Shown here piece by piece: positions 39,625 to 50,299 of a stretch of 64,000 nt of DNA. The notes below the pieces were generated by a model. That model had not been told where the DNA came from. It did not search any database and was given only the letters and a program-made list of their open reading frames with translations. Made by a program: the position numbers and the translations under genes. Numbering within the stretch: position 1 is the stretch's first letter; every line of letters starts with the position of its first letter. The DNA is from Lingula anatina. Its lineage: Eukaryota; Animalia; Brachiopoda. The stretch lies in assembly GCA_051362555.1 (NCBI GenBank), contig CM120640.1, positions 27,056,503 to 27,120,502 of the forward strand, in the 5' to 3' direction.

Positions 39625-41774
39625 ATGAAAATGAGGACAAAACGTCCTTCAGAGCATTCTTCTGGTAGCCCGCCCAACAAGACAATCCGATGCATGCCCC
39701 AAGTCACTGCCCTCAATCCAAAGACAAGCTTTAACCAATACAAAGACTGTGCAGAAATGGCTACGGAGTTCCCAGATAGTGACTGCTTTCCAGAAGGCTT
39801 TTCTGATGGCGACCTGATCATCGATGAATCCAGCAATAGTGCCAAATCAGACCAAGGAGGCCTTGTTGATGACCGCAGGGCAGATCATGTTGATGACAAC
39901 CATGGGGAACTCGTAGATGACCATCATGATGATCTAGGTGAAGACCACCATGAAGATCTAGTGGATGACCAGACAGACATTCCAGTGGATACCAAAGAAA
40001 ATTTCAATTTTGCTGAAAATGGCCTGCCTGCTCTACCCCCAGAACTAGAACCCATACAGATAAAGAATGAAGAAGTTAACAAGCTTGGTAATTTACCCAT
40101 TCAAGGAGGCAATAATCAGTGTCCCAGTTGTGGCCGTATCTACAGGCAGGTGGCTGGCTACCTTAAACATATCCAGGTTTGTGGGGGCAAAGAAGAATGG
40201 AAGTGCACTCATTGTTCCTATTCTACCAAGCACCAAAGTAATATTTACCAGCACTTGAGAGTGCACACAGGTGAGTTCAGTCCTTAATTATTTGTTTTTC
40301 ATATAGACTGGTCAGTAGCTTTAACTTTTTTGTTTTAATTTCAAGTAAATGGGAAGTTGAAAGTTTATTTGTACTTTATGTAGTACATACAATCCTTCAA
40401 TTTTTGGCCAAATGTCTCCCCCTCCACATTGCAGTTTACCCAAGCTATTAGAAGTGTTCTGGTTTTGTTTTCAGTTTTGGCAAAGCCAACCAAGGTTCCA
40501 TATAAATTATAACAAGTATCCTCTGTTTGAAATCTTATACAAGGCAGGCCTTGACATTTGACTAAACTGCCTCACATTACCAGAAACTGGAAGTTTTTAG
40601 TTTCTGATCACAAAAAGTGATGTTATGTATGCAGTTGCCAGGCATCAATATGCAAATCTAAGCACAAGAGGATAAATATCCTATTCAGTAATTCATATAA
40701 AGACTTCACTCTGATGAATAGAAAGTATTGATTTGTCGAAGTTGAAGACTTTCTTTTTATGTTCCAGGTGAACGTCCATACAAATGCCGGGGGTGTGGTG
40801 CAAGCTTTACCCAGTGCAATAGTTTGAAGCAACACATCATCTCTCGCCATGGCAAGGAGAAAGTGGAGGAATACTACTGCTTACAGAAGAAAGAAGGCCG
40901 TCAACGAACCATGCACATGTATCGCAAGGTCACTGGAGAAGAGAAAGCAAGACTGGAGAGGCAGAAAGTAGAGCATTTCATGTCTCTCCAGAATGGTCTT
41001 GCCCACCACAACCAGGGGATGGGCAGTGTGCCACTAATAGCCAGCCACATGAGTTATCTACAAGCTATTGCCATGGGACAGGTGCCTGGTTTACCTATTC
41101 TCAACGGAGGCCTTCACCCCTTGCCACCACTGAATGGACAGCCTCTTGGGGGCATGCCCATGCTGAATGGGAACCCCCATCTGCCAATATTTGACCAGAA
41201 TGGTGCTATGGATTTAAGCGTCCCAGGGCTGGATGAGGGGACCAAAGACCATGGCCGTGTACAGCTCCGCATTCCAAATGTGACCACTGCTGGTAATGTC
41301 AATCATGCTGACCAATCGTCCAATATCTTCTTCCAAGAACAACAACCTGCTTTCAACCTGATGTCCTCCAGCCAAAACAACAACAATCATAGACCAGTGC
41401 CAGACAACCAGAAACCAGCTGCATACGAGGCGGACCCAAGAGACAACGACAGCGGAGCAATGACACCAGCCAGTCCAGATGACCAGCCAATGGAAGATGA
41501 CCTGAGCCTTGACCCACCCCAGCGCCACCTACTAGCAGAACCAAAGGGTACATCTATTTTACAGAATGGTGACATACATGAAATGTCAAGGGATCAAGAA
41601 GAAGAACACAACTGTGTTTACAAGCAAAAACTTTGCAAATTGCGTCGGAATGTTGTGAGTATGCTGACCCTCTTGGTACCTGACCTGGACCTTGGGGGGA
41701 GTGGCATCAGTGCCCACAGTGACAAAGTGGACCAGCTCCTGCAGGAGATAATTTACAGCAATATGAACACTTAA
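39625..41774 (+). CDS. C2H2 zinc-finger protein (one C2HC + two C2H2 fingers) with C-terminal MORC-like helical tail; coding exons 39625-40270 and 40768-41774
   Basis: CPSCGRIYRQVAGYLKHIQVC; CTHCSYSTKHQSNIYQHLRVH-TG|ERPY-KCRGCGASFTQCNSLKQHIISRH across a GT-AG intron; acidic N-terminal region; C-terminus KLCKLRRNVVSMLTLLVPDLDL...KVDQLLQEII. Confidence 0.9.
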
Positions 41775-44700
41775 ACCAAAGTTTTATATTTATTCCAGAT
41801 GAGCAGGAACAATGTAATGTACTTAAATACAAGTGATCTTAAAGGGGTTGTTTTGATAAATGTTAAGAAAGCTACTTGTCGTAAATTGATTAACGTGGAG
41901 GCACATATCTCCCATTGTGCATTTCATCTTTTAAAGGGGGTGTGCATCTAGCATTCAAAAAGAAGATAATCATGAGTTGATAAGGACCAAAATTTGTTGA
42001 TGGTTTAGAAAAATTCTTGCCTTCAAGTATTGGAGAATTTAATGAAGGTTTTTGTGTTTTGAGAAACCTGGGGTCCAGACAGTGTAATACTGACCCCCAC
42101 TCCTTTTCACCCAATAATGAACTATATATCAAATGAATAGATCTGCTGTGTGCATTTATATGCTTCTTTTGACAAAGCCATATAACAGGTGCCAAGGCAA
42201 TTTTTGTTGGTATTCTTGTGCCATGATCTTGCATACATACATCTAACCTATCAGAGCTTTTATAAGGGTTGAGCTCTAATTTACTTTTTACTTTTTGTTA
42301 GATTTTTTTGTACCAATAGTAATGTTAAAGTTGCCATGTATATCATGTAGTCTGTTGTATGTAGGGAATTGGGTGCATACCAAAGGTGCAGTTTCTAGCC
42401 TGTAATGTGTTATACTTAGTATTATTGAAATGGATCTCAGTGTTTAGTTATATACAAAACAGATGTGCGTTTATTGGTGCTATAGATTTATTTGTTTTTT
42501 TAAGGGTCTACATTAGTGAGTTGTAAACTCTTCCATATTCCATTCAAGTAGCTGTGCAACATTCCAAACTCATTTGATCTGTTGTGCAAATAGTCTTAGG
42601 TGATAGTTTGTGTGTCTGTATAATGATTTATTTATGTCATTTTTTTGCTGAATTAGATCTGTACTTTTTGTATATTAATTATAAGTAAAGCGGCCAACAG
42701 TGTCTGCAACATGCACTTATTCAAATGATGCCAAAACTTGGGACCTTTTTTTCTTGTGTCCTTGATCAAATAAAGGCAACTTGAATATGCCACCAGATAA
42801 ACTGCTGTGTTTTGAAATAGCTATTATGTGTGGTGTGGTCCACTGCTCTATAATGTCTCCCAGGTAGCCAAGAGCATATCAGTAGCCAAATATATACAAT
42901 ACTTGTATTGCTGTGGTCTCACATATTTATATATATATATACTGATTATCACATATTTAGAAATACACTATTTATGTTTGAAATCTATAATCTTTTTGTC
43001 CACAACTGGATGTTCTGTGTTAGAAAACCTGTGAAATGTTTAGACATGTTGAATTTTGTTTGTACTTAATGGAAATTGAAAAGTGCATCCTGCAATTTAG
43101 TAATGTGAATTATATCTCTGTAATTTAAATGAGGTGCATTTAAGAGACTGTCCATTGTTACTTTAAGTTAATGCTATATACTTTATGAACTGAACTACTT
43201 GATCTTTCAAGAACCATGATTTTTAGTTGAATTTGCTTCTCATTCAGATCATTACTTAAATAATATTTGGAAAACTTGCAGGGTTTTTACAGTGCTTTAC
43301 AAAACATCCCCACATCTAGTGGGATTTAAATGCCTTGTTCTTATGACATTTATAGCAAAAACATGGTACTGAATATGTTCTGAATCAATTTTTTATTTAC
43401 ACACTTGTATTTTGAACAAATAATTATTACTCATTTTTGGCAATTAATCACACATTAGGTGCATTTTTTAGTCTGTGTAATTGCATTGTGACACTTTTTG
43501 TATATATATATTTTTACAGCCTAATCCTTGAGCAGTTGAAGAGCTGGATAGTCCAGCCATTATTTAGAATACATACATATATATACATATAAGTAGTTCT
43601 TTATTCCGATCATTGAAAAAAAAAGATTTTGAGTAACTGTGTTTGTACAGTTTGTTTTGTAGGAAAAGTATATCAGTGTAACAGTATTATGGCTTTTGTA
43701 CTGTAAGCATTATACATAGAAAATGTAGTTTTGATATTTTGTGACTTTCTAGTTATAAGCATATGTGCACTTTGTAGAATTAAATGTTATTGAAATTAAA
43801 CCTGCCTTGTTTCTTTGACGACTACCTTATGTACAGAAAACGTGTCGTCTTGTAATTGATTTCTGGAAAAGTGTGAACTGTCTTACCATACTTATTTAGG
43901 CTCCAATGCATTCACACTCAAAGCAACTGAACTGCTTTATGTGTATGGGTGCTTTCACAAAGAAACTATCATACTAGGTAGTTCAAACTAACTCCATGGG
44001 GACTCTCACTAAATGTAATCAGATTAACATGCCTTTTGTTTCCAACATAGGCAATTGTTGACTTTTCCGTCTTCTACTTACACCAGGAGTAGTTATGTTA
44101 ATCTTTAAATTTGATTGCATTCAGCAACACTATGTGGTGTTGGTTTGAACTAACTAGTATGGTGGTTCCTTTGGGAACTCGTCCTTTAATACACAAAGCA
44201 CATACTTAGCACCCACAACTATAACTTTTCAAAATCCTCTTTGACTTAAAAGTACAGAATGAACTTGACAGTGAATGTCAAGAATGTTGGAATGCAGTAG
44301 AGGTGATTGCGATGGATGTGAAAACAGATCTTAGCATTTCAAAAGGGGTGGGCATCTTGCTATTCCAAGAGTTTTATTAATCCCAACATTTCAAAAGCAT
44401 TCCTTGGGACAGATGTGTAGATCTACAGGTTTTTTCATTTTTTGTACTCCATTCATTATATTTAGTGTGCATTCCACCCCCAAAAATTGATTTGAGCATT
44501 GAGGCTTTGTACCAGTGATATTCATTTTCACTTAAAAGAAATAGGCATTTGCAGAACTTCACAAAAGTAGCCAAATAAAAATGCTTTTAGAAGTACTGTT
44601 TAAGTTGGGACTAGATTCTTAATGTGTTTGCTCTGTACATGGTGAGTCAAAAAGTTTGTGGCTTGAGATTAATCTCATAATGGTGGTGTCAGAGGGAAAG

Positions 44701-45010
44701 GGTTCATTGTCTGGATAATCAGTGGCAGAAAATGAATATAAATTTTGACATTTTAAATAATTAAAATTAGTTCTCAGACATCTCATCATAGTATGACGAA
44801 ACATTTGTCTCTTTAAAACACGGCTAGTAGGCCTCTTAGCTTCTAGATTTCAGTATTGCCAGCTCGATCTTGATTTCATATATATATAACCCACAACAGC
44901 AATACTGTAAATCTACCACATGAAAAGGAGCTTTATGGTGCCCTGACAGTCAGGGCAGTGTGCCAAAAAAAGAAAACATGACAAGCTATCATAATGTCGT
45001 GTAGATCATT

Positions 45011-45790
45011 TTTATTCTCTTGTACATAATAAATAAATAAAAATTTTTGTTCATTTAACAATCAGAAAATTTTTTAATGATATATTCATTATTATTATGG
45101 CGATTGGGAGTCACTCGATACATTTTGTATTTCATAAATACCTTTGATAAATAAAAAATAATACATTAATTAATTAATTAATTAAAATTATAAATAAATA
45201 TCTGATTGTTAAAGGTGGGCGATAAAATTAATGCATGCCATGGGAGGGTGGGAGGGATGTGAAAGCGTTATATATAGAAGACGTCACCTTACCTTTTCTT
45301 GTTGGACTTTCTGTTTAATATCCGATTTACCTTTCCTTTGTTGTGTCCGCTTTGTCCACCCTCCTTTTATACTTTACCGCCAAATGTTACGTCTGTGCTT
45401 TGTCTATTGATATCACGTGACTTCATGTTCGTGTTTTTCCGATGCAGCAGCCGGAACATAATGTATGCATCGTCGTCTCCATAGACACACAAGATAGTAC
45501 GAGTGACCCCCATGACCGTATATGTACAGTTCATAAATAAGATTATAATTTCATGATAATCTTTAATTTATTCTCTTGTACATAATAAATAAATAAAAAA
45601 TTTTGTTCATTTAACAATCAGAAAATTTTTAAATGATATATTCATTATTATTATGGCGATTGGGAGTCACTCGATACATTTTGTATTTCATAAATACCTT
45701 TGATAAATAAAAAATAATACATTAATTAATTAATTAATTAAAATTATAAATAAATATCTGATTGTTAAAGGTGGGCGATAAAATTAATGC
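45011..45790 (-). repeat. 3' terminal B1-A2-B2 repeat block of the Ngaro element
   Basis: Direct comparison of 45011-45234 with 45567-45790, and of 45257-45570 with 51268-51581. Confidence 0.95.
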
Positions 45791-46123
45791 CATAAGAAAA
45801 CATATTTGTTTTCCCGCCACCCAAAAATTTTTTAATTAATAAGTTAATTAGTGATAATTTTTTATAAATTATTATTATTATTATTATTATTGATAACTTC
45901 ATATTTTATTTTAATGTCAAAATTTTTTATTTATATATATATATAAATCATAATATTTTTTATATTTTGTTAACTTTGTTCATTTACATTATATAAGATT
46001 TAATATTATATTCATAAGTCATCTTGTTAATATTCTGATTTACATATCTACGTATATTAAGTTTTATTCTTTTCTCATATTATTTTAATCAAATAAATTC
46101 TGTTCTCATTAATGGTTGGTCCT

Positions 46124-47014
46124 TTATCGAATGTATCCTTGATATGCCGAGGATCGCCACCGACCCAAGGACTTTATCTGATGATCAGCAAGACCCCTCT
46201 GTGCTGCTAATGTTGTGCCACCTATTCTAAAACTATGACCCTTAAATCTTTTTTGATCTAATTTGGACAAACCAAGGCATTTATCAAGTATTGAATGAAA
46301 CTGATTTCTTGTAACTGATGAACCATTTTCATGTATGAAAAAATGTGGGTTGAAACAACTTGGTCGTAATTGAATATAAGTTTTCAAAGTTTTTACAGGA
46401 CATATATTCGGTTGTTGTCGAATTGCTATTTCGTTGTTGGAAATCCCATCGAAATGTTTAAATGAGTCCAGTTTTATCCTAATGATGTTGTTCGGCGCGT
46501 CGTACGATACATTTTCTTGTTTTAGCGTATGTATCGAGGGTTTTGCCGTGATTTCACCAATTCTGAATAATCCATAGAATGCCGTCAGAAACATCGTTTT
46601 GTATAAATGAGCTTCATATTTATTTCCACAAAGAATGTCTACATTTTTTAATAAAGTATGTAATATCGGGAGTGTTATTGGTAATTTTTTGTCTTTAATT
46701 GGAGTTTTGTTTTTTAAACCCAGAATGGTTTGTTTAACTATGTAAGTTAACGTTGGATTTGGCAAGTTATTCATTTTATATTTATAGCTAAGCGCCCCAA
46801 GAAATGTTTTTATAGACGAAGGAGAATACTTTCTGCTTAAAAATTGTACCCATAAGGCTGTGACGAATGGATCCGTGGGAAACGCCTGTATCCCGGTCGT
46901 CTCATAAAATTGTCGCAGAAGCGGTTCAATTTTTAAGTAGGTTTTCTTTGTGTTATTCGCGAGAGCCGAATCCAAAGTATTTGTCAATTCCGTAGTAAGT
47001 TGAGCGGTTGCCAT
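46124..47014 (-). CDS. Tyrosine recombinase (DIRS/Ngaro integrase), 296 aa
   Basis: Catalytic set FYGLFRIGE, HSFRIG, LGRWRS, AYQGYIR; overlaps the end of the RT ORF. Confidence 0.95.
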   Translation of the reverse strand: MATAQLTTELTNTLDSALANNTKKTYLKIEPLLRQFYETTGIQAFPTDPFVTALWVQFLSRKYSPSSIKTFLGALSYKYKMNNLPNPTLTYIVKQTILGLKNKTPIKDKKLPITLPILHTLLKNVDILCGNKYEAHLYKTMFLTAFYGLFRIGEITAKPSIHTLKQENVSYDAPNNIIRIKLDSFKHFDGISNNEIAIRQQPNICPVKTLKTYIQLRPSCFNPHFFIHENGSSVTRNQFHSILDKCLGLSKLDQKRFKGHSFRIGGTTLAAQRGLADHQIKSLGRWRSSAYQGYIR

Positions 47015-48738
47015 ATGCTGGGCACTAGTGACGGCGTTTTCAAGGCCATAGGAGCTGCCATTCGAAAAGCCTGTAAATCAAGACGAGATAGCGAGTCAGC
47101 TGCATTGTTGTATATACCCGAAATATGCACAGATTTATATAAAATGTTATTTTGTAAACATGTCAGAGTTAGTTGACGAAGTAATTTCAATATAGTGGTC
47201 TCTTTTGTAGTGCCTTTGTTTAAAATATATACAAGTGCTTCATTATCTGTATGAATGATAACATTTTGATTTTGTAATTTTTTCTGCCAAATTAGAAAAG
47301 CCACTAATATTGGATACATTTCAAGTATTGCTATATTCATTTTGCGAGTTTCATCTGGCCAGTTACCGTAAAACCACGTTTTATCTATAATAGCTCCATA
47401 TCCAATCAACGATGCATCAGTAAACATATGTAATACATTGTTACTGTTCCAATCATTGTCATGGAACAAGCCCCTGCCATTAAAATGGGTCAAAAATTCA
47501 TTCCACATTGTAAGATCCTCCCTAACTTCGCGTGTGAATCTAATCCGAAAATGTGGTTTTGTAATGCCAATTGTTAAATCAATCAGTCTACGTAGAAAAG
47601 TCCTACCTGCCGGTATTACGTAGCAGGCAAAATTTAGAATACCAATAAGGGATTGTAATTCACGTAATGTAATTTTCTTTTTATGCATGTTTTGCTTTAT
47701 GACGTCCAAACATTTTTTAATTTTTTCGGGTGGTAATCTAGCTTCTTGTTTCACTGAATCTAGTTCAATACCTGCAAATGTGATAGTTGTTGATGGAGTC
47801 GTAGTCTTGTCTGGAGCTATTGGGACTCCTATTTCTTCGCAGAATTTTATAAAACTTCTCAAGTCTTTTTCACATTCTTTTTTCGTTTTACCAACAATGA
47901 AAAAATCGTCTAACAAATGTGTCATATGGTTTATTCCTAATTTTGATGTGGCCACCCACTCTAATGCTGTACTAAATGTTTCGAAAATTTTGCAAGAGCA
48001 TGATAATCCCATGGGTAAAACTTTATCAAAGTAGAAATTTCCATTGTATTTAAAACCCAACAAAAAACGATAATCTGGATGAATAGGCATTATTCGGTAT
48101 GCATTTTTTATATCCGTTTTTGCCATGAACGCGCATGTCCCTACATCGCGTACTATATCAATTGCGTCTGATACCGTTGCATATTGTACTTTTGAATATT
48201 TCTCGGCAATGCCATCATTGACCGAGTATCCTTCAGGATGAGATAAATGATGTATAAATCTATATTTTCCAGCGGTCTTCTTCGGTACAACTCCAATGGG
48301 AGATAATTTAAAGTATTTTGCAGGAGGTTTTTTATGTGGACCTGATATTCTTCTAGCGATTAATTCCGACTGAATTTTCTCATCTAATGCTTGTGGAAAA
48401 TCCATTGTTGATTTCAAATTGCTACTAGAATTTTTTGGCAATGGACCACTGTATGGGATTTTAAACCCCTGAGTGATGCCTTCTATCAAAAATGTTTTAG
48501 TATCACAATGGTATTCTTTTAGATATTCCTCAAATACAGTTGGAGAAATTGGTGTGACAATATCTGTTTCTATTTCTAATGTAAACTTATTTTCTTCTAT
48601 TATGCATTGCATTTGATCTTCAAATATTGTTGATCTAGTTTCATCTACGGTAATATCTCGCCCTTTTTGAATAAGGAAATGTGCGAGGAAATCGTGATCC
48701 TGAATCACGAAATTTGTAAGTATTGATATTTTGATCAT
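46984..48738 (-). CDS. Reverse transcriptase-RNase H (DIRS-type), 584 aa
   Basis: SPIGVVPKK, KYRFIHHLS, KTDIKNAYR, LPMGLSCS, HLLDDFF; RNase H motifs FTDAS, LEMYPI, HTDN, NAADSLSR. Confidence 0.96.
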   Translation of the reverse strand: MIKISILTNFVIQDHDFLAHFLIQKGRDITVDETRSTIFEDQMQCIIEENKFTLEIETDIVTPISPTVFEEYLKEYHCDTKTFLIEGITQGFKIPYSGPLPKNSSSNLKSTMDFPQALDEKIQSELIARRISGPHKKPPAKYFKLSPIGVVPKKTAGKYRFIHHLSHPEGYSVNDGIAEKYSKVQYATVSDAIDIVRDVGTCAFMAKTDIKNAYRIMPIHPDYRFLLGFKYNGNFYFDKVLPMGLSCSCKIFETFSTALEWVATSKLGINHMTHLLDDFFIVGKTKKECEKDLRSFIKFCEEIGVPIAPDKTTTPSTTITFAGIELDSVKQEARLPPEKIKKCLDVIKQNMHKKKITLRELQSLIGILNFACYVIPAGRTFLRRLIDLTIGITKPHFRIRFTREVREDLTMWNEFLTHFNGRGLFHDNDWNSNNVLHMFTDASLIGYGAIIDKTWFYGNWPDETRKMNIAILEMYPILVAFLIWQKKLQNQNVIIHTDNEALVYILNKGTTKETTILKLLRQLTLTCLQNNILYKSVHISGIYNNAADSLSRLDLQAFRMAAPMALKTPSLVPSIWQPLNLLRN

Positions 48739-48856
48739 TCTTTCGTGGACATTGTACCATCGGATGACCGCCGTTACATATCATGCATGCATGACTATAT
48801 CTACATGCTGCTCCACTACATAGATTACCCTTGTTCCATCTGAAACATATGCCCAT
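48641..48856 (-). CDS. Gag C-terminal CCCH/CCHC zinc-finger segment, out of frame with the upstream gag ORF
   Basis: CFRWNKGNLCSGAACRYSHACMICNGGHPMVQC, typical of the Ngaro gag end; overlaps the start of the RT ORF. Confidence 0.8.
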   Translation of the reverse strand: MGICFRWNKGNLCSGAACRYSHACMICNGGHPMVQCPRKNDQNINTYKFRDSGSRFPRTFPYSKRARYYRR

Positions 48857-48882
48857 TTTTCTTTGTGTCGTGATGGGGCGAT

Positions 48883-49755
48883 TTATAAATCATTCAACAT
48901 TTGCATTTCCAAAATTCTGTTTAGGTAACTAAACAAAGCTCCAGCCTCATTTGGATATTTTTCTACATAAATTTTACTAAAAATGGAAAACGCTACTTGC
49001 CATTGTTGTTTTGACAATATTGTGGACTTTTTATTAGCAGGAGCCAGTACTATATGTGAATTTCCTTCATCATCTACCACTCGTTTTTGAATAAATTGAT
49101 CTTCATCCCCTTTTTCATTTTCAGTAAGAGTGTTGGATGTAATTGGTATCAATGACTTAAAAGAAACATATTCTTTATTCCAAATTTTTTGTTTAACTGC
49201 CTGTGTTACATGTTGAGTGATTGAAGGAAAGAATGACGTACCTGTAGTTTGCGGAATACCCATATATCCCGCAATCGTGTCATTAACTGTGTTGGTCCCT
49301 ACCATATTTAAATTAGTAGAATTATCTCCTATTCTTTGTGTATCATTTATTTGGGGCGTTGGTTGATGTACCCCTGGATTTTCCCAGGTATTTTGTTGTT
49401 GTGTGGCTTGTTGTATTGCTTGTTGTAATACAAGAGGATCACCGTTGTAATCATTTGGAAGAGTAAGAACCAAATATTGAGTAGAAGAATTTTGCTGAAC
49501 GGGAGATTGTTGATTAGCGTCTGCGTTGGTTGTAACGGTGTGCTGTGCTAGACCCCTGTCTAGCGGTCGCGACGCGTTCTCTCCTGCCTCCGTGTGGCCC
49601 ATGCCTTGATGTGCAATTGTGTCTGTTGTATCTACCCTCCATGAAGGCCCTGGGATTTCTCCGTCTTCTTGCTTCCATGACTGATCTGGAGTTTCTATCA
49701 GTAGTTTCCTGATGAATCCTTGATGAGGTGGAGGTATAGATGGAGGTTGACTCAT
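48883..49755 (-). CDS. Gag-like ORF (probably truncated by an internal lesion)
   Basis: VKQKIWNKEYVSFKSLI and QWQVAFSIFSKIYVEKYP resemble Ngaro gag core motifs; lies directly upstream of the zinc finger and RT. Confidence 0.8.
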   Translation of the reverse strand: MSQPPSIPPPHQGFIRKLLIETPDQSWKQEDGEIPGPSWRVDTTDTIAHQGMGHTEAGENASRPLDRGLAQHTVTTNADANQQSPVQQNSSTQYLVLTLPNDYNGDPLVLQQAIQQATQQQNTWENPGVHQPTPQINDTQRIGDNSTNLNMVGTNTVNDTIAGYMGIPQTTGTSFFPSITQHVTQAVKQKIWNKEYVSFKSLIPITSNTLTENEKGDEDQFIQKRVVDDEGNSHIVLAPANKKSTILSKQQWQVAFSIFSKIYVEKYPNEAGALFSYLNRILEMQMLNDL

Positions 49756-49836
49756 GACCTGAAAAATGTTAGTATTCTATGGGTGCCAGTGACTCCCAGA
49801 GCAGAGATAGGCCCTGCCAGCCAATTAGTATATTAT

Positions 49837-50195
49837 TACAGGCATGAAGCGTCATGCACTTAATATATATATATAGTGTGATACGGGCACGAAGCGTCAT
49901 GCACCTCACATATAATAATGAACAATACGGGCATGAAGCGTCATGCACTTATATACATAGTGTGATACGGGCACGAAGCGTCATGCACCTCACATATAAA
50001 CTGAACAATACGGGCATGAAGCGTCATGCACTTTATATACATAGTGATACGGGCACGAAGTGTCATGCACCTCACATATAACACCGAACGATACGGGCAT
50101 GAAGCGTCATGCACTTTATATATATAGTGATACGGGCACGAAGCGTCATGCACCTCACTTAAAACGCTAATACGGGCATGAAGCGTCATGCACTT
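49837..50195 (-). repeat. Array of nine ~24-bp palindromic units separated by alternating AT-rich linkers, inside the retrotransposon
   Basis: Unit atacgggcaYgaagcgtcatgcac x9 (unit 1 slightly divergent at its 5' end); linkers alternate between a tata...atagtg type and a ctcac...aac type. Confidence 0.95.
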
Positions 50196-50299
50196 TAGGT
50201 AAATATTCATTTTGTGCCCATGCATCTTATTCCCAAAATCACGTAAAATACTGACACGAAATCTTAAATAAACAATGCGTATCTCCTATATATATATGG

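Noticed and set aside
41114-41575. Several minus-strand ORFs over the zinc-finger exon
   Set aside because: Antisense shadows of a GC-richer coding exon.
49837-50195. CRISPR array (palindromic repeats with spacers)
   Set aside because: Eukaryotic retrotransposon context, no cas genes, and linkers are short and alternate between two related types instead of being unique spacers.
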